Origin: an uncultured Ruminococcus sp.
GTDB lineage: Bacteria; Bacillota; Clostridia; Oscillospirales; Ruminococcaceae
Length of the DNA stretch: 52,573 nt
Reading direction: 5' to 3'
Assembly (NCBI GenBank): GCA_902797485.1
Contig: CADBTF010000228.1
Location: forward strand, 1-52,573
The notes below the pieces were generated by a model. It was not told the origin of the DNA. It did not search any database and saw only the letters and a list, made by a program, of their open reading frames with translations. The position numbers were made by a program, and so were the translations under genes. Of the stretch, positions 37,942 through 47,322 are shown in pieces. The stretch's first letter is position 1. Every line of letters begins with the position of its first letter.

Positions 37942-38760
37942 TCATAGCTTTAACTTTGAATAGATAAGCTCGACCACCCTGGCTATGGCGTTCTCCTCGC
38001 AGGAGACGTCAAGAACGATATCGGCAGCAGCCTTTGTCTCGGCGGTGGCATTGGACGGGCAGATGCCTATATCAGCGTATCTGAGCATTTCAATATCATT
38101 ATTGTAATCCCCGGCAGCAACTATAGTATAGCCCTCCATACCGCAGGCACTCCGCAGTTCCTTCAAGGCAGAGCCCTTGGAAATATTCTGCGGGAGCATC
38201 TCATAATAAAAGGGAGCGGACCTGACAAAATCCACGTCCTCAAAGCCTTGAGTCTCCACAAACTGAATGAGCCTGTCCATTTTTTTAGGCTCCAGTGCAA
38301 AGAGCACCTTGTACCAGTTATCAGGTATCTCATACACCCCGCACTCCACAGGTGTCACCTTGCAGATCCTGCAGTGCTCCTCCTCAAGAGGGGTCATCTG
38401 AGGAACATACACATTGTCAATGGGCAGAACCTCACAGCCGGTATCAGGATTAGCCCGCAGTATCATATCTGTAAAGGTCCTTGCCTTATCAGGCAGATAA
38501 ACATCATAATACTGCCTTCGGGAGTTGATGTCGTAGACCATTCCGCCGTTGCACATAATGATAGGCGCATTAACAGAAAGCTTATCGAAATACTGCATGG
38601 AAGCCTGAAGGCTCCGTCCGGTGGCGATCGAAAAGCGTCCGCCGTCCCGCTGAAATCTGTTTACTGCTTCAAGATTTGCTTTGCTCGGAATCTTACTGGC
38701 AGGCAGAAAGGTGCCGTCCATGTCGGTGATAAGCAACACCTTGCTTATATCATCAAGCAT
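37942..38760 (-). CDS. Cof-type HAD-IIB hydrolase
   Basis: DMDGT, ATGR, NGG, SKGSAL, GDYNNDIEM. Confidence 0.92.
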   Translation of the reverse strand: MLDDISKVLLITDMDGTFLPASKIPSKANLEAVNRFQRDGGRFSIATGRSLQASMQYFDKLSVNAPIIMCNGGMVYDINSRRQYYDVYLPDKARTFTDMILRANPDTGCEVLPIDNVYVPQMTPLEEEHCRICKVTPVECGVYEIPDNWYKVLFALEPKKMDRLIQFVETQGFEDVDFVRSAPFYYEMLPQNISKGSALKELRSACGMEGYTIVAAGDYNNDIEMLRYADIGICPSNATAETKAAADIVLDVSCEENAIARVVELIYSKLKL

Positions 38761-38769
38761 TTATCATCC

Positions 38770-39678
38770 TCATTTCCTTAGCTTGGTCAGCTGCTGAACA
38801 AAATACTCAGGCAGTTCGCTGTCAAACTCCATATACTCACCGGTGACCGGGTGTATGAAGCCGACCTTCCTTGCATGGAGGCACTGGCCGTCAAGACCCT
38901 TTACGGCTTTGCCGTAAACCTCATCGCCGTAGACGGGGTGGCCGATATAGGCGCAGTGGACTCTGATCTGGTGTGTCCGGCCGGTTTCCAGACGAAACCT
39001 GACAAAGGAATACTGGCCGAATTCCTCCATGACCTCATAATGGGTAACGGCGTTCCGGGAGTTCTGCTCGGTAACACACATCTTTTTTCTGTCGTACTTG
39101 CTCCTGCCAATGGGTGCGTCAACAGTGCCGGCCTTTTCCTTGAAGCACCCGCAGCAAATGGCATTGTATTCCCGTGTAAAGGAATGCGCCTTGATCTGTT
39201 CTGCCAGCAGGTTATGGGAGTTGTCATTCTTGGCTACTATCAGCAGGCCGCTGGTCTGCTTGTCTATCCTGTGGACTATCCCTGGGCGTATCACACCGTT
39301 TATACTTGAAAGCCGCCCATGACAATGATAAAGCAGCGCATTTACAAGGGTACCGTCGGGGTTTCCGGCAGCCGGGTGGACTACCATACCCTTGGGCTTG
39401 TTCACCACCAAAAGGTCATCGTCCTCATAGACAATATCTATAGGGATATTCTGCGGCAGCACATCAAGGGGCTCCGGGTCCGGCACAGAGACTTCAATAT
39501 GCTCATTGCCCTTGAGCCTGTAATTTTTGGGAACTGCAATGGCATTTACCTTTACACCGCCATTTTCTATCAGCTTATGCAGCGCATTTCTGGTTATTTC
39601 TTCACATTGTTCCGAAAGCCACTTGTCAAGTCTTTCGCCCTTGCAGCTGATATCGGCATTAAATTCCAGTGTTTTCAT
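38770..39678 (-). CDS. rluD: RluA-family pseudouridine synthase with S4 domain
   Basis: NKPKGMVVHP, HRIDKQTSG, TGRTHQIRVH; follows lspA. Confidence 0.93.
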   Translation of the reverse strand: MKTLEFNADISCKGERLDKWLSEQCEEITRNALHKLIENGGVKVNAIAVPKNYRLKGNEHIEVSVPDPEPLDVLPQNIPIDIVYEDDDLLVVNKPKGMVVHPAAGNPDGTLVNALLYHCHGRLSSINGVIRPGIVHRIDKQTSGLLIVAKNDNSHNLLAEQIKAHSFTREYNAICCGCFKEKAGTVDAPIGRSKYDRKKMCVTEQNSRNAVTHYEVMEEFGQYSFVRFRLETGRTHQIRVHCAYIGHPVYGDEVYGKAVKGLDGQCLHARKVGFIHPVTGEYMEFDSELPEYFVQQLTKLRK

Positions 39679-40219
39679 CAGTGCTTACCTCACCTTCTGC
39701 ATCTTCCGGTGAGGGTACCTTCCCGGCAGGAGCCTCTGAGTTGACCGACTGCTTTTTTTCAGACTTATCAAAGAAGATGAAATATACAGCCAGCAGGATA
39801 ACTCCAAATACAACGCATATATCAGCGAAATTGAAGATCGGGAAATCTATCGGGGCAAAGAGGATATAATCGACCACCTCTCCAAGACGTATCCTGTCGA
39901 TCAGATTGCCGATACCGCCGCCGATAAGCAGCGCCAGTGAAATATTCATCAGCCTGCTTTCTCTGCGTTTGAGATACATAAACACCAGCCCGCCAATAAT
40001 TACTATCAGCGGGAAGCCTATAAGGAACCAGGTCTTCCCCTCCATCATGCTCCAGGCGGCGCCCTTGTTGGTAATATGTGTCAGATTGAAAACATCGAAA
40101 TCTCCGAAATGGATTACTCTGATTATTTCTCCGGATTTGATATTGGCAACAACGGCAATCTTTATCAGCTGGTCGGCAGCCGTCAGAAGCAGGATCAGAA
40201 CAAGTGAAAAAATATACAT
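39659..40219 (-). CDS. lspA: Lipoprotein signal peptidase II
   Basis: ADQLIK, NKGAAWS, GGIGNLIDR, VVDY, FNFAD; start trimmed to MYIFS. Confidence 0.94.
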   Translation of the reverse strand: MYIFSLVLILLLTAADQLIKIAVVANIKSGEIIRVIHFGDFDVFNLTHITNKGAAWSMMEGKTWFLIGFPLIVIIGGLVFMYLKRRESRLMNISLALLIGGGIGNLIDRIRLGEVVDYILFAPIDFPIFNFADICVVFGVILLAVYFIFFDKSEKKQSVNSEAPAGKVPSPEDAEGEVSTDENTGI

Positions 40220-40243
40220 TGCGTTTCCTTTATAACCGCCTAA

Positions 40244-40268
40244 AGGCTCTGCAAAGATCACAGAGCCT
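40244..40268 (-). terminator. Hairpin after ileS (weak terminator or processing site)
   Basis: AGGCTCTG-N9-CAGAGCCT with only a short T-tract. Confidence 0.4.
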
Positions 40269-40283
40269 CCAAGCTGTAATGTT

Positions 40284-43067
40284 TTATTCTACTGCTCTGC
40301 AGCATCTTGCGCAGAGTGTTGGGTGAGCGGCGTTCTGGCCTACAGTCTTATCATAGGACCAGCATCTTTCGCACTTCTCGCCCCCGGCCTTGGCAACTGT
40401 GAAGGACACGCCCTCCATGTCGCCCTTGAATTCGCCCTTGTCAGCTCCGGCCTCGACCTTAACCTCGGAAACGATCAGAGCGTCCTTCAATTCGCTGTTG
40501 ACTGCCTTTACAGCCTCCAGCATAGCATCGGAATAAATCGTAACACTTGCCTCCAGTGAAGCACCGATGACTTTATCGCTTCTCTTGAGCTCAAGAGCCT
40601 TCTTAGCGTCCTCTCTAACAGCAGAGATAAGCTTCCACTTTTCGGTAAAGGCCTCGTCTACCTTGATGCCGCTCTTTGCGGGCATATCGTTCAGGAAGAT
40701 GCTCTCAGGGTCGTCGCCCTCGGCGTGAGGCATAAACTGCCATATCTCGTCGGCTGTAAATGAGAGGATAGGAGCCACCAGTCTTGCAATAGCAGACAGT
40801 ATCCTGTAGATAGTTGTCTGTGCAGCTCTTCTCTCGACTGAGCCGGCCTTCTCACAATACAGTCTGTCCTTGATGACGTCAAGGTAATAGTTTGACATAT
40901 CAATTACACAGAAATTGTGGATAGCATGGAAAACGATATGATAATCAAATACATCATAAGCGGCGTTTACCTTGTCGATCAGCTCGTCCAGCTTTACAAG
41001 AGCAAGCTTGTCGATCTCGAAAAGCTCATCATCGGAAACAGCGTCCTTGTTGATGTCAAATTCTGTCAGGTTGCCGAGGATAAATCTTGCGGTGTTTCTG
41101 ATCTTCTTATAGGAATCAGAGAGCTGGGCAAGAATGTCCTTGGAAATTCTTATATCTGAATGGTAATCAGAGGAAGCCACCCACAGTCTCAGAATATCAG
41201 CACCGTACTTGTCGGTAATATCCTTGGGGTCGATACCGTTGCCAAGGGACTTGTGCATGGTCTTACCCTGACCGTCAACCACCCAGCCATGTGTGCAGAC
41301 TGCCTTATAGGGAGCGCAGCCGTTTACAACAACTGAGGTCAGCAATGAGGACTGGAACCAGCCTCTGTACTGGTCAGCGCCTTCAAGATAGAGGTCAGCG
41401 GGGAATGAGAGGTCAGGTCTTTCGGAAACAACGCCGGCGTGTGTGCAGCCGCTGTCGAACCAAACGTCCATGATGTCCATTTCCTTCTCGAACTCTCCGC
41501 AGCCGCATTCGCACTTAACGCTTTCCGGGATAAACTCCTTCAGGTCACGGAGATACCAGGCATCGGAACCCTCCTTGCGGAACAGTTCTGAGATAGCCTC
41601 GATAGTCTGCTCATTGACAATGGGCTTGCCACAGTCCTTACAATAGATGATAGGAATGGGAACGCCCCATGTTCTCTGGCGGGAGATGCACCAGTCAGAG
41701 CGGTCTCTTACCATGCCCTTGATGCGCTCCTCGCCCCAGCCGGGGATCCACTTAACATCTTCGATAGCCTTGATAGCTTCGTCCTTGAATTCATTTACAG
41801 AGCAGAACCACTGGTCTGTAGCTCTGAACAGGATAGGCGACTTGCATCTCCAGCAGTGAGGATACTGGTGGACGATCTTTTCTGTAGCCAGCAGGTTGCC
41901 GGTCTCGGTCATATGCTTGGCGATAACGTCGTGGGCCTTGTTTGTGGGCAGCCCGGCGAACATACCGGATTCCTCTGTGAGCACGCCCTTGCCGTCAACG
42001 CCGACAACGATACCAAGCTCATCATATTTTTTGCAGACCTCAAAGTCGTCAACACCGTAGCCGGGAGCGGTATGAACGCAGCCGGTACCGCTTTCAAGAG
42101 TAACGTGGTCTCCGACGATAACAAGAGATGTCCTGTCCATAAAGGGGTGCTGTGCCTTGCAGTATTCCAGCTCTGCACCAGTAAACTTGCCTACTGTCTC
42201 ATACTCTGTGATGCCGGCCTTCTTCATGGTCTCAGGCACAAGATATTCAGCCATGATGTAATTCTCGCCGTTAGCCTTTACAACGGTGTAGTCATAGTCG
42301 GGGCCAAGGCAGATAGCAACGTTGCCCGGGAGGGTCCATGTAGTGGTAGTCCAGATAACGAAATAGGTATTCTCCTTATCAAGTCCGAGAGGTGCCAGCA
42401 GGCCCTTATCATCTGTGACCTTGAACTTTACATAGATAGATGTACAGGGATCGTCCTGATACTCGATCTCTGCCTCGGCAAGGGCGGTCTGACATTCAGG
42501 GCACCAGTACACCGGCTTTAAGCCCTTATAGATATAGCCTCTCTTAGCCATTTCGCCAAAGACCTTTACCTGCCTTGCTTCAAACTCAGGCTTTAATGTC
42601 AGGTATGGGTCCTCAAAGTCACCCAGCACACCAAGACGCTTAAACTGCTCTCTCTGAGTATCAACGAAGGAGAGTGCAAACTCTCTGCAGTGCTTTCTCA
42701 GTTCAACAGGAGGGATAGCACCGTTCTCGACGCCGATCTTCTTCATAGCCTTCAGCTCGATAGGGAGGCCGTGAGTATCCCAGCCGGGAACATAATTAGA
42801 GCAGTAGCCGCTCATATTCTTATACTTGACGATTATATCCTTTAGCACCTTGTTAAGGGCGGTGCCAAGGTGAATATCGCCGTTAGCATAGGGAGGGCCG
42901 TCATGAAGAATATATGTAGGCTTACCGGAATTCTTCTTTATTATCTTTTTATAAAGCTTATCGTCGTCCCATTTTTTGATTGCGTCCGGCTCCCTTTTCG
43001 GAAGATTTCCTCTCATGGGAAATTCTGTTACAGGGAGATTAAGTGTCTTGTTATAATCCTGTGACAT
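40284..43067 (-). CDS. ileS: Isoleucyl-tRNA synthetase (type 1)
   Basis: HDGPPYANG, WCISRQR, EGADQYRGWF, C-terminal CERC/CARC Zn finger. Confidence 0.97.
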   Translation of the reverse strand: MSQDYNKTLNLPVTEFPMRGNLPKREPDAIKKWDDDKLYKKIIKKNSGKPTYILHDGPPYANGDIHLGTALNKVLKDIIVKYKNMSGYCSNYVPGWDTHGLPIELKAMKKIGVENGAIPPVELRKHCREFALSFVDTQREQFKRLGVLGDFEDPYLTLKPEFEARQVKVFGEMAKRGYIYKGLKPVYWCPECQTALAEAEIEYQDDPCTSIYVKFKVTDDKGLLAPLGLDKENTYFVIWTTTTWTLPGNVAICLGPDYDYTVVKANGENYIMAEYLVPETMKKAGITEYETVGKFTGAELEYCKAQHPFMDRTSLVIVGDHVTLESGTGCVHTAPGYGVDDFEVCKKYDELGIVVGVDGKGVLTEESGMFAGLPTNKAHDVIAKHMTETGNLLATEKIVHQYPHCWRCKSPILFRATDQWFCSVNEFKDEAIKAIEDVKWIPGWGEERIKGMVRDRSDWCISRQRTWGVPIPIIYCKDCGKPIVNEQTIEAISELFRKEGSDAWYLRDLKEFIPESVKCECGCGEFEKEMDIMDVWFDSGCTHAGVVSERPDLSFPADLYLEGADQYRGWFQSSLLTSVVVNGCAPYKAVCTHGWVVDGQGKTMHKSLGNGIDPKDITDKYGADILRLWVASSDYHSDIRISKDILAQLSDSYKKIRNTARFILGNLTEFDINKDAVSDDELFEIDKLALVKLDELIDKVNAAYDVFDYHIVFHAIHNFCVIDMSNYYLDVIKDRLYCEKAGSVERRAAQTTIYRILSAIARLVAPILSFTADEIWQFMPHAEGDDPESIFLNDMPAKSGIKVDEAFTEKWKLISAVREDAKKALELKRSDKVIGASLEASVTIYSDAMLEAVKAVNSELKDALIVSEVKVEAGADKGEFKGDMEGVSFTVAKAGGEKCERCWSYDKTVGQNAAHPTLCARCCRAVE

Positions 43068-43086
43068 TTGAATTAACTCCTAACGA

Positions 43087-43848
43087 TTATTGATTTTTTT
43101 TGCCGAATTTAAGATCATCCGGGTGAAGCACCGGCTCAAAGGAACCGGTATTCAGGATCTTATCAATATGCTCCTTCTTGGCAGCATCGGCAGCCTTCTT
43201 TTCTGCCTCTTCCTTTTCCTTCTGAGCGGCCTCAGCAGCAGCCTTAGCCTTTGCAGCATCTTCAGCTGCAGGCTTTGCAGGTGCAGCGGGTGCCTCGGAA
43301 ACATCAGCCTCCGGCAGCTGCATGATAAGAGAGAGCTGCTTCTGATAAAGGGGCAGAAGCTCTGCCTTGAACATGGTGACCTCACGCTTCAATGCGTCAA
43401 GCTTAGCCTTTTCCTTGGCATATTCCTGATTGATCTCCTCGATCTTCTGTTTGGTCTTGGCAGTTTCCTGCTTTATCATTTCGGCGCATCTGTCATGATA
43501 TTCTTTGGTAATGCGCTCGCATTCTGTAGAGCTCTGCTCCTTCAATCTGATCTCTTCAGACTTGGCAGATTCGATCATATCTCTGGCCTGAGCCTTAGCG
43601 TCGTTGATTATTTTATCCGCTTCCTTGTGGGAGTGGATAAAAGCAGTCTTTATATATTCCTCGTCCTCACGGAACTTGCTGAGCTCCTCATTAAGCTTGC
43701 TGATCTCAGCTTCGCTTTCCTCTTTGGCCTTGACTGCACTCTCATAATCCTTTGCTATATCGTCAAGGTAATCCATAACCTCTTCTGCATCATATCCATT
43801 TCTTGAGGTAGAAAAGGACTTAGATCTAATGCTTGATGCTGTCACCAT
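43087..43848 (-). CDS. divIVA: DivIVA-domain protein
   Basis: KSFSTSRNGYDAEEVMDYLD N-terminal motif, long coiled coil; lies between ylmH and ileS. Confidence 0.85.
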   Translation of the reverse strand: MVTASSIRSKSFSTSRNGYDAEEVMDYLDDIAKDYESAVKAKEESEAEISKLNEELSKFREDEEYIKTAFIHSHKEADKIINDAKAQARDMIESAKSEEIRLKEQSSTECERITKEYHDRCAEMIKQETAKTKQKIEEINQEYAKEKAKLDALKREVTMFKAELLPLYQKQLSLIMQLPEADVSEAPAAPAKPAAEDAAKAKAAAEAAQKEKEEAEKKAADAAKKEHIDKILNTGSFEPVLHPDDLKFGKKNQ

Positions 43849-43860
43849 AATTATGACCTC

Positions 43861-44637
43861 CTAAATGTACTTTTTTATACTGATATGTATTCTATCCTTT
43901 TTGGTCAGATCGCCGACCTCTGAAAGCAGGAATTTACCGTAGCCCTTTGCAGAGAATACATCTCCGGCGGAAAGCTTGCGGTCCGAAAGCTCGACGGCTT
44001 CATAGTTCACCTGAACACCTCCCTGGTGCAGCAGGCGGGCGGCCTTTTCTCTTGAGATCCGCAAAGCAACACTAAGCACACTATCGAGTCTCAGTGACGC
44101 AACAGTGCCTTCGATCGGTAAATATTTCTGCTCAGGTATTACGATACCTGCCATTCCGGATTCGCTCTTAACACCTACTCTGCCTATTTTTTCCAGCATC
44201 AAGGCATGGTCAGCGATGGTATTATACACAAACACAACGCTGTGCCCCTCGCTGACGATAATATCACCGACAGTGTCTCTTTCAATGCCGAGGGACATAA
44301 GGCAGCCCAAGAAATCTCTGTGGGTCAGGCTGTCGCTTTTGCGGTAAAAATAGCTGACAGCGGTAAATGGGAACCGACTCTTATCTGCCTCGGAATAGGG
44401 AGCGAACATTCCCAGCACCTGACGTGAAGCGCCCTCATAGCCGCCGTAAAAGCAGAAGCTCTCGAAGCGCTGCGAGGCCAGCACCTTTCGGCAGAGAGCC
44501 TGCTGGTGCTCATCAAGAAAAAATGTAAAGCGATCCTGATATTTTTCCTCGCAAGCCCTTATGCTGTCAAGTATCCTGCCTGCAAGCAGCTTGTCCTCAT
44601 CGGAAAGCTGCCCCAGAAAAGACAGGTCGTTTTTCAT
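43861..44637 (-). CDS. ylmH: YlmH S4-domain RNA-binding protein
   Basis: GGYEGASR, HRDFLGCLM, VGDI, ASLRLD, GYGKF. Confidence 0.92.
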   Translation of the reverse strand: MKNDLSFLGQLSDEDKLLAGRILDSIRACEEKYQDRFTFFLDEHQQALCRKVLASQRFESFCFYGGYEGASRQVLGMFAPYSEADKSRFPFTAVSYFYRKSDSLTHRDFLGCLMSLGIERDTVGDIIVSEGHSVVFVYNTIADHALMLEKIGRVGVKSESGMAGIVIPEQKYLPIEGTVASLRLDSVLSVALRISREKAARLLHQGGVQVNYEAVELSDRKLSAGDVFSAKGYGKFLLSEVGDLTKKDRIHISIKKYI

Positions 44638-45116
44638 CAGAAGCTATAGCCGTTATTTTCAAGCTCGCTCATTAGGTCATCGCCGACAAACTGAACATTG
44701 CTGGGAATGATAGCAAAGGTTTTCTGAGCCATCATTTTGATCTTAGCATCGTTAGCGTAGGCAACACCGGAGATAAAGTCAAGAATTCTCTTGGCATCAT
44801 CGCTCTTGACATTCTCAAGGTTGAGCAGAACTGTTTTCTTGTTGTTGATGTCTGTGCCGATGTCGGTGACCTCAGAATATTTCTCAGGTCTCGCAAGCAC
44901 GATCTTCAAAGAGCTCTCATACTCGGGAGCGGCCTGCGGACGGGCGTATGTAGGTCTTAACGGTTCAGCCTTGGGCTGAGGTGCAGCCTGCTGGGGAGCA
45001 GCTGCCTTCTTGCTTCTGTTATCTTCGTACACGGAACGATAATCCTCCTCTTGTTCAACTTCTTCCTCGTCTTCGTCACTAATGAAAATGTTCTTAAACC
45101 CCTGGATCACACTCAT
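44637..45116 (-). CDS. sepF: Cell division protein SepF
   Basis: VLLNLE...AKRILDFISGVAYA...IPSNV. Confidence 0.93.
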   Translation of the reverse strand: MSVIQGFKNIFISDEDEEEVEQEEDYRSVYEDNRSKKAAAPQQAAPQPKAEPLRPTYARPQAAPEYESSLKIVLARPEKYSEVTDIGTDINNKKTVLLNLENVKSDDAKRILDFISGVAYANDAKIKMMAQKTFAIIPSNVQFVGDDLMSELENNGYSF

Positions 45117-45119
45117 TAC

Positions 45120-45824
45120 TCAAACCTCCAAATATTTTCTTGCTCCGAAGAGCTTTGTACCGATTCTTACAAGTGTTGAGCCATGCTTGATAGCCAGCTC
45201 ATAGTCCCCGGACATACCCATAGAGAGGGTATCTATCAGGGAATTACCGAGCTTTTTGTCTTTAAGCTCGTTATAAAGAATATTCATCTGCTCAAATATT
45301 TTCTCATCGGCGCCGATAGGCGGAATCGCCATGAGCCCACGCAGACGGATATTTTCAAGCGGCTGTATCTGCTCAGCAAGCTGAAAGAGGCTGTTTTTAT
45401 CAACACCGCTTTTGCTTGCTTCGTCACCGATATTCACCTCAAGCAGGATATCCATGACCTTATTGTTTTTGGCAGCGTGCTTATTAATCTCCCCTGCCAG
45501 CTTCAAACTGTCCACCGACTGTATCATAGCAACATCATTGATGATATACTTGACCTTATTGGTTTGCAGGTGACCTATCATATGCACCTGTGCTGACTTA
45601 TCGTAGCTGTCCTTCTTAGAGAGAAATTCCTGAACTCTGTTTTCTCCAAGCAGCGTCAGCCCCTTGGATACTGCAAAGTTTATCTTTTCGGGAGAAACGG
45701 TTTTTGTGACTGCCATTATTTCCACGGCGGTCTCCGGCCTGTATCTTCTCACTGCCTCTGAGACCTTAGCCTGTATTTCTTTAAGATTTTCTTCGATCTC
45801 AATAAATTCATTCGGAGCTGTCAT
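45120..45824 (-). CDS. yggS: PLP homeostasis protein YggS/YlmE
   Basis: AVTKT, GENRVQE, HMIGHLQTNK, LSMGMSGDY, VRIGT; start is ATG 45824 or 45836. Confidence 0.94.
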   Translation of the reverse strand: MTAPNEFIEIEENLKEIQAKVSEAVRRYRPETAVEIMAVTKTVSPEKINFAVSKGLTLLGENRVQEFLSKKDSYDKSAQVHMIGHLQTNKVKYIINDVAMIQSVDSLKLAGEINKHAAKNNKVMDILLEVNIGDEASKSGVDKNSLFQLAEQIQPLENIRLRGLMAIPPIGADEKIFEQMNILYNELKDKKLGNSLIDTLSMGMSGDYELAIKHGSTLVRIGTKLFGARKYLEV

Positions 45825-47025
45825 TTGCTGAATCATCTTCCTTTGAAACTGCCTCAAGCAATATCTGGTCATAGAGCAGAAGGAAATCAGCGTCGGAGCT
45901 GTTTTTTGAAACGACAAAATCATTTCCCTCGTAGATGACATCTATACGCTTGAAGGTAACGTCATTGCCAAGAATTACATAGACGCCCTTGTTGCCGTCC
46001 TTGAACCTGATAGCATCTCTCGGCACCTTGATGCCACGGTATTCATCAAAGACCAATTCCATAGACTGCACTCTGGCGCCGGCGATCTCGGAATCCAGGC
46101 GGTTGCAGCTGATAACAGTAACGCACTTGCCTTCGTCGTCAGGCTCGCCTATAGATTCTATTCTCGCCTTGTAAAGATCGGAGCTGTTGCCGATCCTGAA
46201 CTTGATAGAATCCCCTTCTGCCAGCCTTTTATCCTTCGGAAGAACAGCTGCTATGCTGCATGAGTAATCCTCGAACATTTTGCCTATCGCCTTTGATGAG
46301 GGACTGACATCGTTCTGCCCCTCTATGATCGCCTCGATCTCGCTTCTTGAAAGCTTTGCTGCGGACTCCATATCCAGAGTGTCCTCATAGCCGTCACAGT
46401 TGGAAACGAAATAGCCGGAATCCGGTATCTCGACGGTCTTGATCTTGGATTCGTCCACCTGAAGCTTTTTTGCCAGTGATTCAAGCTCGCCTATCTCCTT
46501 GGCATAGTTTGAGTTCTGGCCGGTGATGACATTGTAAATGTTCATCTTCAAAAACAGCTCATCGGCGGAGTTATCATATGAGGCCAAATCACCTTTCAGG
46601 CCGGAGGATAGTAGCTTCTTATATTCTGAATCTATCCTGCCGGTCAGAGTGTCCGGCTGAACATACTGGGCATTGCCCGGATTCTGTGCATTTTCAAGAG
46701 CCTGCGCCTTAGCAGTGTAGGCATCTGCTTTTCGCTTGTTTATCAAAGACTGCTCGTCCGGATAAACATTAGCAACTATACTTCCGGGAGAAAGCTTGCT
46801 GCCGTCCTGATACAGATACTCATAAACTCCCTTAACGTCCGACTCGATGACCCGCTCGTCACGGATAACGACGCCTTTAAAGGGTATGTTCTCGTTTATT
46901 TCACAAAGCACTGCTTCTTCCGTCTTATGCCTGTCGTTGAGCCGGTAATAGATCTGGCTGCCGACAGTAAGCAATATAAGCACCGACAGAAGCACCACCA
47001 GTGCTTTAGTCGTAAGCGTGTTCAT
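45808..47025 (-). CDS. HlyD/membrane-fusion-like protein
   Basis: Single N-terminal TM helix, GVVIRDE, SGYF...DGYE, GIKVP, GVYV, LYDQI; typical clostridial position upstream of yggS. Confidence 0.75.
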   Translation of the reverse strand: MNTLTTKALVVLLSVLILLTVGSQIYYRLNDRHKTEEAVLCEINENIPFKGVVIRDERVIESDVKGVYEYLYQDGSKLSPGSIVANVYPDEQSLINKRKADAYTAKAQALENAQNPGNAQYVQPDTLTGRIDSEYKKLLSSGLKGDLASYDNSADELFLKMNIYNVITGQNSNYAKEIGELESLAKKLQVDESKIKTVEIPDSGYFVSNCDGYEDTLDMESAAKLSRSEIEAIIEGQNDVSPSSKAIGKMFEDYSCSIAAVLPKDKRLAEGDSIKFRIGNSSDLYKARIESIGEPDDEGKCVTVISCNRLDSEIAGARVQSMELVFDEYRGIKVPRDAIRFKDGNKGVYVILGNDVTFKRIDVIYEGNDFVVSKNSSDADFLLLYDQILLEAVSKEDDSANDSSE

Positions 47026-47039
47026 TATTTATCCTCGAT

Positions 47040-47279
47040 TCAGTCCTGCTGATTACCGGCGTCAAGAATATTGATAGGTCTGACGGGTGAGATCGTGGAT
47101 ATAGCGTGCTTGTAAACCACATTCTGCTTGCCGTCGCAGTCAAGAATAACTATATAGCTGTCAAAGCCCTTAACGATACCCTTGAACTGATAGCCATTCA
47201 CAAGGAAGACCGTCAGGGATATTTTTTCTTTTCTCGCCTGATTCAGAAATACGTCCTGCAAGTTTAAATTCTTATTCAT
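47040..47279 (-). CDS. hfq: RNA chaperone Hfq
   Basis: [21 protein letters not shown]; ATG after AAGGAG. Confidence 0.97.
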   Translation of the reverse strand: MNKNLNLQDVFLNQARKEKISLTVFLVNGYQFKGIVKGFDSYIVILDCDGKQNVVYKHAISTISPVRPINILDAGNQQD

Positions 47280-47322
47280 TTTAAACACTCCTTATTTTTA
47301 CACATAGTCTACCCCTTATATC

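Noticed and set aside
43150-43320. Ala/Pro/Lys-rich repetitive sequence in divIVA
   Set aside because: Ordinary low-complexity linker and helix coding, not a DNA repeat element
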